DNA of 64,000 nt from Octopus vulgaris (GCA_951406725.2 OX597817.1:56730001-56794000), one strand, 5' to 3'. Counted from the stretch's first letter, positions 41,395 to 55,052 are shown. The notes: generated from the sequence alone by a model not told the origin. Numbers and translations: made by a program.

Positions 41395-42432
41395 CCAAAA
41401 AGTGACACAGGCAGACTGTATGTACCAAGAAAAAGAGGGGGAAAAGGACTGATTGGATGCGAACACAGCATTACATAGCATGGTATGTAAAAACGCCACA
41501 AAACCGCTATTATTGGAAGTAAGAAGGTCAGGCTTGTGTAGGATGGAAGATTGCAAAGATAAAGCACTGTACAAGGACTTGAGAATGAATGAAACTGAAA
41601 ATAGGTGGATAAATAAAATAGTGCATAGACAATTTCATAGGGACGTTGAAGATAAGACTGACAGAGAAAAAAGATGGCTATGGATCACTAAAAGTGATTT
41701 AAAACCGGAAAAGGAGGCTCTAATCTGTGATGCCAAAGAGCAAGCACTAAGAACCAATTACATCAAATACAGAATAGACAACACATCAGAAAGTGATAAG
41801 TGCATAATATGTGGACAAAATGGTGAAATCGTATGGCATATTGCAAGTCAGTTTAGGCCACTAGCCCAAAAAGAATATAAGATACGTCATGACAATATAG
41901 CAAGGATTGTCCATTGGACACTTTGCAAGAAGTATGGACTTGACAGAGCAAAAAAGTGGTACAAACATGAACCCGAAAGCAACATCGAAAAACATAATGC
42001 AAAGATTCTGTGGGATCTTATGATTCAGCGCAACCATGAGATAGAGAATTGGAAACAAGAGAAAGAGTTAATTGAGAAAGAAAGCAAACAATGCTGGATC
42101 ATAGATATAGCATGCCAAGGTGGCAACAAAATATGCGATAAGGAAAAAAGAAAAGTCGATAGATATAACAGGTTAGCTTTGGAGGTTAAGCAGTTGTGGT
42201 CATTGACAATGGTGGTAGTAGTACCAATAATTGTCGGAGCCCTGGGAACAGTGAGTAGAAATCTTGAGAAGTATCTGGAACAAATAGTGGCTGCAATAAT
42301 GGTGGAGCACTTGCAGAAAACAGCACTGCTTGGAACCGCTCGAATACTCCGGATGGTGCTCGAAAAATATAGGGTGTTACCTTAGTTCACTGGTAGTGAA
42401 CAGCTGACACCGTAGTACATCTCCAGCTTCAG
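41395..42432 (+). mobile_element. R4/Dong-type non-LTR retrotransposon 3' portion: RT end, CCHC knuckle and restriction-like endonuclease (decaying)
   Basis: RLYVPRKRGGKGL, then ORF 41453-42385 with EALICDAKEQALRTN, KCIICGQNGEIVWHIAS, YKIRHDNIARIVHW, KILWD, IIDIAC and VVPIIVGALGTV. The last Cys and the PD motif are mutated; (TAA) tail at 42433. Confidence 0.9.
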
Positions 42433-42458
42433 AATAATAATAACAATTATAATAATCT

Positions 42459-42842
42459 TTTCTTTATTGTCCACAAGGGTCCGACACAAAACAAAAAAGA
42501 ACAATACAAAACAAGGGACAAGTGGGGATTAGCATAAAAATACAATAAAAACAATAACAAATAACAAAATTTAAGCAATAAATTTCCTCAAAAGTGAACT
42601 AAGGAACCCCACACATCCTGGTCACCTCGACCACCAAGGGTAGGTATCTCTCTCTCCTCCTCAACCTCTCCGGCTCACAAGTGTATGTTCAGTGTATGAC
42701 CATTCCCAGGGGCCATCCTCTCGTCACATTCACCCACCTTTCAACAAAAATACTGGGGTGCAGGAATAACTTCCTTTTCTACCCTCACTTTCCTTTTCAA
42801 GTAGATCTTGAAATATTCGATGAGGAATTGGCGATATGGCGG
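42459..42842 (-). mobile_element. L1/Tx1-like LINE 3' end
   Basis: Minus strand LIEYFKIYLKRKVRVEKEV, a pyrimidine-rich 3'UTR and an AATAAA-containing end CCCTTGTGGACAATAAAGAA. The clade call is tentative. Confidence 0.5.
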
Positions 42843-42850
42843 GCGATTAA

Positions 42851-42890
<40 letters not shown>

Positions 42891-43016
42891 CTGCTCGCTT
42901 AGCCAGCGGGGTGGCGTCATTCGAAGGCTAAAAAATTGCGAACGCATTGTGACCAGCGATGTGTAACAACATCTGATGGTTTGGTCAAAAGAGGAAAAAA
43001 AAAGATATATATATAT

Positions 43017-43229
43017 ATTTCTTTATTGCCCTCAAGGGGCTAAACATAGAGGGGACAAACAAGGACAGACAAAGGGATTAAGTCGATTACATCGACCCCA
43101 GTGCGAAACTGGTACTTTATGAAAGGCAAAATCGACCTCGGCGAAATTTGAACTCAGAACGTAGCGGCAGAAGAAATACCGCTAATCATTTCGCCCGACG
43201 TGGAAACGATACTGCCAGTTCGCCGCCTT
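43017..43229 (-). mobile_element. SINE family A
   Basis: Head GGCGGCGAACTGGCAG and tail GGCAATAAAGAAATA on the minus strand. Confidence 0.85.
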
Positions 43230-43231
43230 GT

Positions 43232-44356
<1,125 letters not shown>

Positions 44357-44471
44357 TAAATTACACAAAAAGGAAAATAACACTGACATCTCATTTTAAA
44401 GATATATTTACCAAAATTGACAGATTAAAGTCACATTTCTCTTGTATTCTGATAATATTCCATGGCTTTTT

Positions 44472-44870
44472 AAGGAACGAGCTGGCAGAAACGTTAGCAC
44501 GCCAGGTGAAATACTATTTCGTCTGTCTTTACGTTCTGAGTTCAAATTCTACCGTGGTCGACTTTGCCTTTCATAATTTTGGGGTCGATAAATTAAGTAT
44601 CAGTTGCGGGCCTCGTGCCTCGTACCTAGAGTAGAAAATAATATTCCATAGCTTTTAAGGCAGCGAGCTAGCAGAAAATTGAGCACGCTGGGCAAAAAGT
44701 TTAGCGGCGTTTGGTCCGGCTGAGTCCTGAGTCCAATTCTACCGAGGTCGACATTACCTTTTATCCTTTCGAGGTCGATTGAATAAGTGCCAACTGTACG
44801 CTGTGATCGATGTAATCGAATTATACACTCCTCCGAATTTCCAGGCCTCGTGCCAAAATTTGAGACCAAT
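44472..44870 (+). mobile_element. Two tandem SINE family A copies
   Basis: GAGCTGGCAGAAACGTTAGCAC at ~44479 and GAGCTAGCAGAAAATTGAGCAC at ~44666. Confidence 0.8.
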
Positions 44871-45187
44871 ATGAGGAATTGAGAAAATGTAGAAACTGTC
44901 AGATGTCGGCAGGACTGGTTTCAACCGAAAAATTATGAAAACGTAGATGTGTGCGCTGTCAAGTAAGCGTGGGCGCTGTGTGTGAGTGTCTATGTATGTA
45001 AAGATATACATAGATAAACATATATACATACAGGAATATATATATATATATATATACACATTGGCCTGTTCGCTTAGCCAGTGGGGTGCCGTCATTGAAG
45101 GCTAAAACAATGCAAAGCGCATTGTGACCAGCGATGTGTAGCAACAACTGATGGTCTGGTCGGTCACGTGATCACGTGATACATACA

Positions 45188-45223
<36 letters not shown>

Positions 45224-45255
45224 TGTATGTATGTATGTATGTATGTATGTTTGTT

Positions 45256-45305
<50 letters not shown>

Positions 45306-45414
45306 ATCAAATATATTCAATGAGAATAAAGTCTACTGGATTTCAGATAAGTGCTCTTGGTATGAGAAATGTCTGAAACCTTAAAGGTATTTAAAGACTT
45401 AATTAGAGCGGTTA

Positions 45415-45927
45415 TCTATATATATAAAACTGTAGTTGTGTGAGTGTCTGTCCCCTTCGATTTAGATTCCTAACTACTCCCACATTTTGCGGTGCAGTTT
45501 AACCAAATTCGGGTATCTTATAGTCGTGATTCATATCGAGCCCGTCTGAGTATTAGCGCGCGTCTACGATGAGTCTACGATTTTAAAAATAATTTAACAT
45601 CATTTTTTATTCCATTTTAATGCATAATTTTTCGTGTGTCGATGGCGGCGGAGTTGGCGTCCATGGTCACACCTGCACCTGTTTGCTTCTCCCCCTTCTT
45701 CCCTCCCTCGTGAAGCTGTGGGGAAGGGAGTGTAAGGAAATCAACGTCGTAAAGCGTTGTCAAGGAGGCCAGCGTTCTTTTAGAACAACGACTTCATGGC
45801 TTGAAGACACCAAAACAGAAATGGCTAAGAAAGCCCGAATTGGCATCTATAAGGGAAGTAACTCTCTAAAAATGCTTATATAGTTATTTCCCTTACAAAC
45901 CCGAGCAACGCCGGGCGATACTGCTAG
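45415..45927 (+). mobile_element. Non-autonomous Helitron (513 bp)
   Basis: 5' TC(TATATATATAAA), 3' hairpin CCCGAGCAACGCCGGG (45900-45915) and CTAG end. Inserted between A and T with no TSD. The empty-site sequence is present reverse-complemented at 43510-43566. Confidence 0.92.
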
Positions 45928-46057
45928 TATAATATAAAGTAAAAGCAGGAAAAATTACGTCAAAAAATCACAGAAAATATACGTCCATAATATAAACGAT
46001 ATTGTATTAATAGATAAATATATAAAGAATGATTATTTAAAAAGGTTTGAGACATCT

Positions 46058-46140
46058 TACGATCGTTTCATGAATGTATTACTCTTCGAAATGAAATCCA
46101 AAATTCATAATCATTATTAGGTAATACATCCACTCGTCAG
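46058..46140 (-). ncRNA. Type I hammerhead ribozyme motif with extended stem II
   Basis: CUGACGA-GUGGAUGUAUUAC...GUAAUACAUUCAU-GAAAC-GAUC-GUA. Intact core, 13-bp stem II, palindromic stem III ACGAUCGU; stem I is weak. Confidence 0.72.
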
Positions 46141-47208
46141 ATAAAAGGATGAATTTCCGTGTAGTCAAACGAAAGAGATGCTATCTAAAATCGTATTATA
46201 AAGACGTTGTCTAAAAAGTTACTGGTATTGATGTGGATTGGTACAAACTTGGGATAAAAGTTTTGAAAAAAATAATATAAATCCGTGGTAAAGTCCTTTG
46301 TAGTGATCCATAATGGCTGTGTGTAGATAGAAGTTTCATAATTCCTTTTCTCTTCAGTATGTAAGCCATAAATGTAAAGAATTCTTTATTACTCACAAGG
46401 AGTCAACATAGAGGGGAAAATAGAAGGTGGGGACAAAAAATGTAAGGGATGAATAAAATAATGGATGTGTGTGTGCGCGTGTATTTACATATATATATAT
46501 ATATAGTATACATATACATAAATGTATATTAATATAGACATATATTCATATACATACAAGTATATATATAAATGTTAGTACCTATAAATTTGTTATATCC
46601 CTATATGCTTATGCATATATGGATATGCATAAACATACACACACATATATATATACGCATATATGTGCGTCCAAGTGTGTGTGTGTGTGTATTTTGATGA
46701 TTGTGTGTGTATTCCCATATGCATATATCTGCCTCTGTTACGTATGTCGGCATATTTCTACATACACCGCATATATACTCATAGTACATACACAATTCTT
46801 TCCAATAAAACTCTTTATACACTCACTCTTGCTATTCTTTGTTATATTTTTTACTTTATTTTGTTATGTTTGTGTTCTTTCTAATAAACAAACTGTGTTT
46901 TCTTCTCCTTTTTTTCCTCTGTGTTTGCCGTTACAAATGGCATGCAGGCCACGTGACTAATTTCTTGGCCAATCTCGCTGTAAAGTCATCCATCACACAA
47001 ACTTTAGTAACACTCAGTTACTCGTTCAAGCAATAAATCATACAGACTGAGATGGGTGTAGCTATCTCGCTGTGTGTGTGTGTGTGTGTGTGTATGTGTG
47101 TGTGCGTGAGTGTGTGTGTGTGCGTGTGTGTATAAATGCGTGTGTACGTGTTTATAAGTGTATGATGTATATTTAGTATAGGAATGTATATCTGAGTCTG
47201 TAGATGTA

Positions 47209-47241
<33 letters not shown>

Positions 47242-47480
47242 GTAAATATATATACATATGGCCATATATGAATGTGTGTGCATGTGTGTGTGTTCATACA
47301 TACTTATATGTTATAAATATATTAATACGTATACATGCATATATGTTATTATTACATGTATATATATGTATGTGTATGTATATATACATGCACACAGATG
47401 CGCTCAGATAAATTCAAACATAAATACATACATGCTTACACACACACACACACACATACATACATACATACATACATACA

Positions 47481-47533
<53 letters not shown>

Positions 47534-47542
47534 GGATGTATG

Positions 47543-47587
<45 letters not shown>

Positions 47588-48309
47588 TTATGTATGTATG
47601 TATGTATATTTGAAATTTTGCGGGTGCATGTGTGTGTTATTGTACGAGTATACACGTGCTCGTTTGTGTCCATACACACACACACACATGCTCAACAACC
47701 AATAACCATTTCCTTCTCTCTGTGTCTCCCTCTCTCTATGTCTCTTTCTCTCTCTCTCTCTTTTTCTCTCTCTCCACACACATGTATATGAATATATGTA
47801 TATATTAATATATATATATTACGTATATGTATATCTATCTATATATATAAACAAACACTCTTCAACAACCAATAACCATTTCCATCTCTCTCTGTCTCTC
47901 TCTCTGTCTCTCTCTTTCTTTCTCTCTCTCCCTCTCTCTCTCCCACTCTCTCTCTCTCTCTACACACACACACATACACACACTTCACATGCTCAACAAC
48001 CATTAACCATTTCCCCCCTCTCTCTCTCTTTCTCCCCACTCTCTCTCTCTTTCTCGGCCACAAAATAAATAATCAAACAAACAAGATCACTTCGCCAAGA
48101 CCATTTCGTCCCCACCTATTAATAACATCATGTAATAATAATTTGTCTTTAGTTTCGAATATCTTTCGACATATATCTGCCTGGCATTTGGTCTGTCTGG
48201 CAGTCTCAGTGTTCATCTAACTATCTGTTTATCAATATCTCAAGCTATACAGCTAAGAATTCTATCTGCATATATGTATATTTGTCTGTTTGTATATAAC
48301 TATAAAAAG

Positions 48310-48335
<26 letters not shown>

Positions 48336-48341
<6 letters not shown>

Positions 48342-48656
48342 CATTGAGAACCACTTCCCATGGCCAACCGGTGGTTGTCACACGCTGATGACGGAAACTC
48401 GGGTCCGTGTGTATCACGTGAGGCTGGAGATGGGAAGGATGACTTCTCTTTGCAAATACTGCTAGGGCACAAATAGTGTGTCAATATGCAGGTGGAGGAT
48501 ATATCTTCCCGCGGCTACAAGTTACAGTAGCATCGACCCTTAAGGGTCAGCCACATTTAGGTGGCAAATATACTTCACGATATCTGTATATAATTCTATG
48601 TATAGATATACGTCCGTTTCTGTACGGCTACGTGAGTATAACTGTGAATCTGCATA
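48336..48656 (+). ncRNA. Highly structured ~320-nt RNA-like element containing a minimal hammerhead (retrozyme-like candidate)
   Basis: About a dozen helices can be read by eye, with wobbles that are G-U on the + strand; hammerhead at 48379-48411. Confidence 0.6.
48379..48411 (+). ncRNA. Hammerhead core lacking stem II (CG linker)
   Basis: CACACG-CUGAUGA-CG-GAAAC-UCGG-GUC/CGUGUG. Perfect 6-bp stem I and canonical core; predicted cleavage after C48405. Confidence 0.7.
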
Positions 48657-48835
48657 AAACAATTTGTTTGTCTATGATTATCCGTCGGTCAAGCTAAATG
48701 GCTGGGCTGGGCTGATCGATTTGTCAATCAATCCATTTCAGACCCTTTGTCTCTCACAGCCTCTCCTCTTTCTTTCGCCCGATATGTGCGTGTGTATGTG
48801 TATGTGTGCGTGCATATGCATGTACATATAAATAT

Positions 48836-49345
48836 ATGGACTACTGCTCACAGCTATGGTCACCCACCAGTGTAAAATTAACAACGGACCTTGAAGCAAT
48901 CCAGAGAAGATTCACAAAGAAGATCGTCTCTTTGCAACAGCTCAGCTACTGGGAAAGATTGAAACAGCTAACACTCTACTCCTTGGAGAGAAGACGGGAG
49001 AAATATGCAGTAATATATGTCTGGAAGATCCTGGAAGGAATTGTGCCAAATTTTGGCATTGTAAGCTACACCAATGCTAGAACGGGACGACACTGCATAG
49101 TGCCAAAGATCCCAGCAATACCATCACGCTTCAGGACCAGCTTCTGCAACAGCCTGGGTTTCGAGGGCCCACAGCTTTTTAATATTCTCCCAAAGAGTCT
49201 GAGGAACTTGCACAAAGTAGATGTAGTGGTTTTTAAATCAAAGCTGGACATCTTCCTATCAAGAGTCCCAGATTAACCTACCTTACGGCAAGAGGTGCAA
49301 ATGAGAGTAGCTATATCAAACTCCATTATTCACCAAGTGCCACAT
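48836..49345 (+). mobile_element. CR1-group LINE 3' fragment (RT thumb region)
   Basis: DYCSQLWSP...LEAIQRRFTK...LSYWERLKQLTLYSLERRRE...QLFNILP...FKSKLD is a typical CR1 ORF2 C-terminus. Confidence 0.88.
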
Positions 49346-49384
49346 ATTAGACGAGGTTCGTCGTAATAACAGTGTAGCACAAAA

Positions 49385-49590
49385 CGGCGGTGCATCAGCA
49401 TGGCCGCAGCTCTGAGCTGAAACTAGAAAAAAAAATATGTGGTCAGAAACCTGCTTACAAACCACATGGTTCCGGGTTCAGTCACACTGCAAGGCGGCAC
49501 CTTGCGTAAATGTCTTCTATTATAGTCTCGGACCGACAAAAGCCTTGTGAGTAGATTTGGTAGACGGAAACTGGAAGATGTCCGTCGTAT
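49385..49590 (+). mobile_element. SINE family B pieces (3' end then 5' half)
   Basis: GGCGGTGCATCAGCATGGCCGCAG, then CCACATGGTTCCGGGTTCAGTC...GGTAGACGGAAACTG. Confidence 0.72.
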
Positions 49591-49597
49591 GTATGTG

Positions 49598-49669
<72 letters not shown>

Positions 49670-50770
49670 TAGACACACACACACACACAAAACACACAAA
49701 ACACACACACACACACATACATACATGCGCACGTATGTACGTGTGTATGTAAGTACGTAGGACATAGATAGACAGTGAGACAGACAATAGAGAGACAGAC
49801 AGACAGACATTCAGACAGGCAGGCAGGCGGGCATACAGACAGACAAGCAGGTAGGCAGGCAGATAGATAGAAGGATAGGTAGATAGATTGGTAGGTAGGT
49901 AGGTAGGTAGGTAGGTAGGTAGGTAGGTAGGCAGATAGATAAAGATAGACAGACAGACAGACAGACAGATAGATCGATAAGCTTATACTTTTATATACAC
50001 ACACACATATATCCTGTATATATTGGCTTACATGTATTTATAAGCGAACACACACACGTGTATGAATGTAAGTGTGTGTGTGAATGGTTATGTATGTTTG
50101 CGTGTGTTATACATGTCATACACACAGTTATTTATCATCGCATTGGAATTGCAAACATATCGGCCATCTTTGAATACCAGAATCAATTCATCTCCGACGC
50201 CAGATAGTCATCGAATTATTCCGCCATCAAGCTTCCTGATTGGTTCCAAATGTGGAGAAGAACGCTTTCAAAAAAACCCAAAATGCAAACACATTGAGGA
50301 CGCTGAAAACATGTACAGCCAATGGGGGGGTGTGTGTGTGTGTGTGTGTGTATGTGTTTGGGAGGGCGGTTTGATCGAACTTTCCCGAACAGTGACCAAA
50401 AAATTAAAGTTTTCTTACGTTTAGCAATTTGAGCAAAAGATTAATGGCGGAAAGAACAATTGAGTAGAAGAAGATGAGGGAAGATGACATATCGAATAAA
50501 AATGTATTGTGCAAGGATGTTGAACGAAAGTGAAAAAAATCTTTATAATCTATAATTGAAGTATGTGATGGGAGATCATTGAAAGGGAAGTGATAGATTG
50601 GAAGGCTGCCGGTTAGATATTGGTTAGGGCTAGGGTAGCAGGTAAATATGTTGGTAGGTATGGAGGTAGGTAGATGAATTTTTCTAGGTAGGTAGGTGCA
50701 TAGGAAGTGATGTAGGTAAGGTTAGATTGATTGATATGTTATAGATAGAGAGTTATATATAGAGAGAGGT

Positions 50771-50849
<79 letters not shown>

Positions 50850-50860
50850 GAGGTAGATAG

Positions 50861-50898
<38 letters not shown>

Positions 50899-50899
50899 G

Positions 50900-50933
<34 letters not shown>

Positions 50934-50936
50934 TAT

Positions 50937-50970
<34 letters not shown>

Positions 50971-51000
50971 GGTAGATAGATAGATATATATAGAGATAGG

Positions 51001-51068
<68 letters not shown>

Positions 51069-51103
51069 CTACTACAACCATCAACCCTTATTAACAATAC
51101 TAT

Positions 51104-51570
51104 GAGGGCGCGTGGCTTAGTGGTTAGGGCATTCGGCTCAAGATCGTAAGGTAGTGGGTTCGATTCCCAGTGACGCGCTGTGTCCTTCAGCAAGACACTT
51201 TATTTCCCCCTTGCTCCATTCCACTCAGCTGTCAAAAATGCATAACACTTGTAATTCAAAAAGGGCCAGTCTTGTCACATTCTGTGTCAAGCTGAATCTC
51301 CCTGAAAACTACGTTGAGGTTGCGCGTGTCTGTGGAGTACTCAGCCACATGCACGTTAATTTCGCGAGCAGGCTGTTTTCCTGATTGGACGAACTGGAAC
51401 CTTTGTCGCCATAACTCATAGAGTGCCAAAATATTCAGTTCGAAATCGTAAGGTCGTGAGTTCAATCCCCGGCGGCGCATTATGCGTTTGAGCAAGACAC
51501 TTTACTTCACGTAACTCCAGTCCACTCAACTGACAAAAATGAGTTGTACCTGTATTATCACATTCTGTCC
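51104..51570 (+). mobile_element. tRNA-derived SINE family F: full copy 51104-51427, partial second copy, 3' part also at 52275-52387
   Basis: A box GTGGCTTAGTGG, B box GGTTCGATTCC, then TGTGTCCTTCAGCAAGACACTT. Confidence 0.8.
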
Positions 51571-51626
51571 AGAATTCATGACTCACTTGTTATATCTATT
51601 AATATATTAATATTTAGATGCAGCAT

Positions 51627-52010
51627 GGCTGCGAGCTGGCAGAAACGTTAGCATGGCGGGCGAAATGCTTAGCGGTATTTCGTCTGCCGCTACGTTCTGA
51701 GTTCAAATTCCGCCGAGGTCGACTTTGCCTCTCATCCTTTCGGGGTCGACAAATTAAGTACCAGTTATGCACTGGGGTCGATATAATCGACTTAATCCGT
51801 TTGTCTGTCCTTGTTTGTCCCCTCTGTGTTTAGCCCCTTGTGGGTAGTAAAGAAATAGGTATTTCGTTGGTCTTTATGTTATAAGTTCAATTCCGCCGTG
51901 GTCGACTTTGCCTTTCATCCTTTCGGAGCCAATAAATTAAGTACCAGTTGCGTACTGGGATTGATCTAATCGACTGGCACTCTCCTCCAAAATTTAGAGT
52001 AGAAAAGAAT
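51627..52010 (+). mobile_element. SINE family A, full length, dimeric
   Basis: Same layout as 32404-32758. Confidence 0.87.
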
Positions 52011-52711
52011 ATTTAAATGCAGCACGGAATTTTGTCAGTGAACCAACAGGTCGCGGTTTCAAAGCGATGAAAATATGTTGACAAACTAAATTTAAATGTT
52101 GAAGTGAATCTAACAGTTTTTGTGTGTTTCTAAAAATGGCTTCTAAACACCTTCCACGCAGTAATATTTATTAAAATGTATATTAAGGAAATAAAATGAT
52201 AAATTTAAACAATAACAATAAAATAAGCATGTTAAGAAATACAACTGAGTTATGAGTTCTGGCCCTGCCTGTACGTTAAGGTCACGCGTGTCTGTGAAGT
52301 ACTCTGCCACTTGCACGTTAGTTTCAAGATCTGGCTGTTCCGTTGATCAGATCAGCTGGAACACTCGTTGTCGTAACTGACGGAGGACCACTTACTAGCA
52401 GTACTACCACCAATACTACAACTACTGCTGCGACCGTTATTGATAGTTCCACACGCACTACAACAGTAACACATCACAGGCATCGCCACAACCCTAACTG
52501 CTACTACAACACTACTACTCCTACTACCTCCACCTCTTACCTCAGCCATCACAGCATTTTACCACAACCTCCTTCTCCACCACAATCACTACGACCAGCA
52601 CAACTACTGTCACCACCACCACCACTACTACCATTACTGCTATAAGACTACGTCTTCAGCTGCCACTACCACAAATACTACCAACACAACTACACTCAGA
52701 ACCACAAACAC

Positions 52712-53097
52712 CTATTTCTTTACTACCCACAAGGGGCTAAACACAGAGGGGACAGACAAACGGATTAAGTCGATTACATCGACGCCAGTGCGTAACTGGT
52801 ACTTAATTTATCGACCACGAAAGGATGTAAGGCATAGTCGACCTCTGCGGAATTTGAACTCAGAACGTAGCGGCATACGAAATACCTATTTCTTTACTTC
52901 CCACAAGGGGCTAAACACAGAGAGGACAAACGAGGACAGACAAACAGATTAAGTCGATTACATCGACCCCCAGTGTGTAACTGGTACTTAATTTATCGAC
53001 CCCGAAAGGATGAAAGGCAAAGTCGACCTCGGCGGAATTAGAGCTCAGAACGTAACGGCAGACGAAATACGGCTACGCATTTCGCCCGGCGTGCTAT
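52712..53097 (-). mobile_element. SINE family A, tandem units
   Basis: Two ~175-bp units, each ending TAAAGAAATAGGT on the minus strand. Confidence 0.85.
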
Positions 53098-53762
53098 CAT
53101 AACAACGACCACAACAATAACAACCCCATAACTAGTTCCTAAACAATCATAACCACCAATACTGTAATAAACAGAACTACCAACACCACGACAACTGATA
53201 CTACCAAAGCAACAAAATATTTTAAACCCCAGAGGGTTATAAAAGAAAACGAAACTTAAAAAAAGAGAAACGAGATATAATCGCTCGTCTGAAACGCATT
53301 TCGTTTTATACAACAAACCGCTCCCCAAAGCCGTACAGAGCTAGCTACTTCTGACAACGTAATACTTTCGTACTTCCATGGACAGACAGAACAGACGGGA
53401 ATAATGGACGCCATTTATATAATTGAATGGCGAAAACTGAAATTGAAAATTACAGAAAATGAGAAAATTTTTACAGAAATTGTTGAAATGCAATATTTAA
53501 GTAATATTGTTAGATTGCTAGGAGACTGGTGTGGTGGTGGTGGTGGTGGTGAGGAGGGATGTTATTTGTTTTCTGTTGTGTTTTTCTGTTTAGATTTTTT
53601 CTTTGTTGTTCGTGGTATTGTTTTCATATTCTTATATCATTTATGAATTCTGCACGGTAACGAAAACATACATGCATACATATATATATATATATATATA
53701 TACAAACACTCACACACGCAGGCTTACATGTTTGCCGTTGAATGCGCGTTTCTGTCTGCATG

Positions 53763-53824
<62 letters not shown>

Positions 53825-54230
53825 TGTATGTATGTATGTATGTATGTATGTATGTATGTATGCATGTACGTGGTGGCAGTGGTAGTATGTATGTATAGAC
53901 GATCAACCGCTTTCAAAGGTACGACAGACACAGACACACAAAAACACACACAGAGATACACACATTTCCTCGGGCTGTAATAAATGTTTTAAATGGTATT
54001 TAGCAAAGCAAGATGTTCAATGGATTCTGGCTCATGTGTGTATAAAGAAATATATATATATATATATATATATACCAACACATATATACATACATACATG
54101 CATACATATATACACGTATATATATCAATATACATAAGTATTTATATGCATAAATATAATACATGTGTATATGTGTATAAATATAGAGACAGAAAGAGAG
54201 AAAGAGAGCAAGAGATATAAACAGACAGAC

Positions 54231-54341
<111 letters not shown>

Positions 54342-54693
54342 CAGATACCTTCAGGTTGTGTTTCATGTTAGGAAGCTTTTACATTCAACAGAAAAGAATA
54401 ATTAGAAATTATATAAAAAAATACAACGTAAAGATTTTACATGAAAACGAGTCTGAGACTACGCGCGCACGCGTGCATGTGTATATGTTTGAGTGTATGT
54501 GTGCATGTGTACTACTGTACATGTGTGTGGTGTGTGTGTTTGTGTGCGAGTGTCTGTGGTTTCTCGCGTTCTTACGTGTGTACATGTAAGTGTATGTTGT
54601 TGTGTGCACATACAAACACACAGATACACACACACACACACACACGCATATTTGTGTGTGCGTGTACGTGTGTGTGTGTGTGTCTATGTATTT

Positions 54694-55052
54694 GTGCAGA
54701 AGTGGCTGTGTAGTAAGTAGCTTGCTTCCAAACCACATGGTTCTGGGTTCAGTCCCACTGTGACACCTTGGGCAAGTGTCTTCTACTATAGCCTCGAGTT
54801 GACCAAAGCCTTGTGAGTGGATTTGGTAGACGGAAACTGAAAGAAGCCTATCGTATGTGTGTGTGTGTGTGTGTCTATGCTCTTCCCCCCAACATCACTG
54901 ATTCATGTGCGTTTACGTCTCCGTAAGATAGCGGTTCGGCAAGAGGGACCGATTGAATAAGTACTAGGCTTACAAAAAGAATAAGTCCTGGGGTCGATTT
55001 GCTCGACTATAGACCGCAATCAAATGACTGAAACAAGTAAAAGAGTAAAAGA
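54694..55052 (+). mobile_element. SINE family B, full length
   Basis: GCAGAAGTGGCTGTGTAGTAAGTAGCTTGC...GAAACAAGTAAAAGAGTAAAAGA. Confidence 0.86.

Larger units (their letters stand above)
45301..46385 (-). mobile_element. Penelope-like 3' end interrupted by a Helitron
   Basis: Minus strand FFKTFIPSL (GIY-YIG-end-like), then an intact-core hammerhead (46140-46058), ending in (TA)n. Confidence 0.55.

Noticed and set aside
41194-41395. hAT-type MITE starting CAGTGGTTCTC
   Set aside because: Only one terminus is visible (interrupted by the R4-type LINE), and there is no matching TIR or 8-bp TSD.
51104-51180. tRNA gene
   Set aside because: The A/B boxes continue into a SINE body repeated elsewhere, and there is no complete cloverleaf.
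53270-53422. Possible Helitron-like 5' end on the minus strand
   Set aside because: No TC start, 3' hairpin or CTAG end was found.
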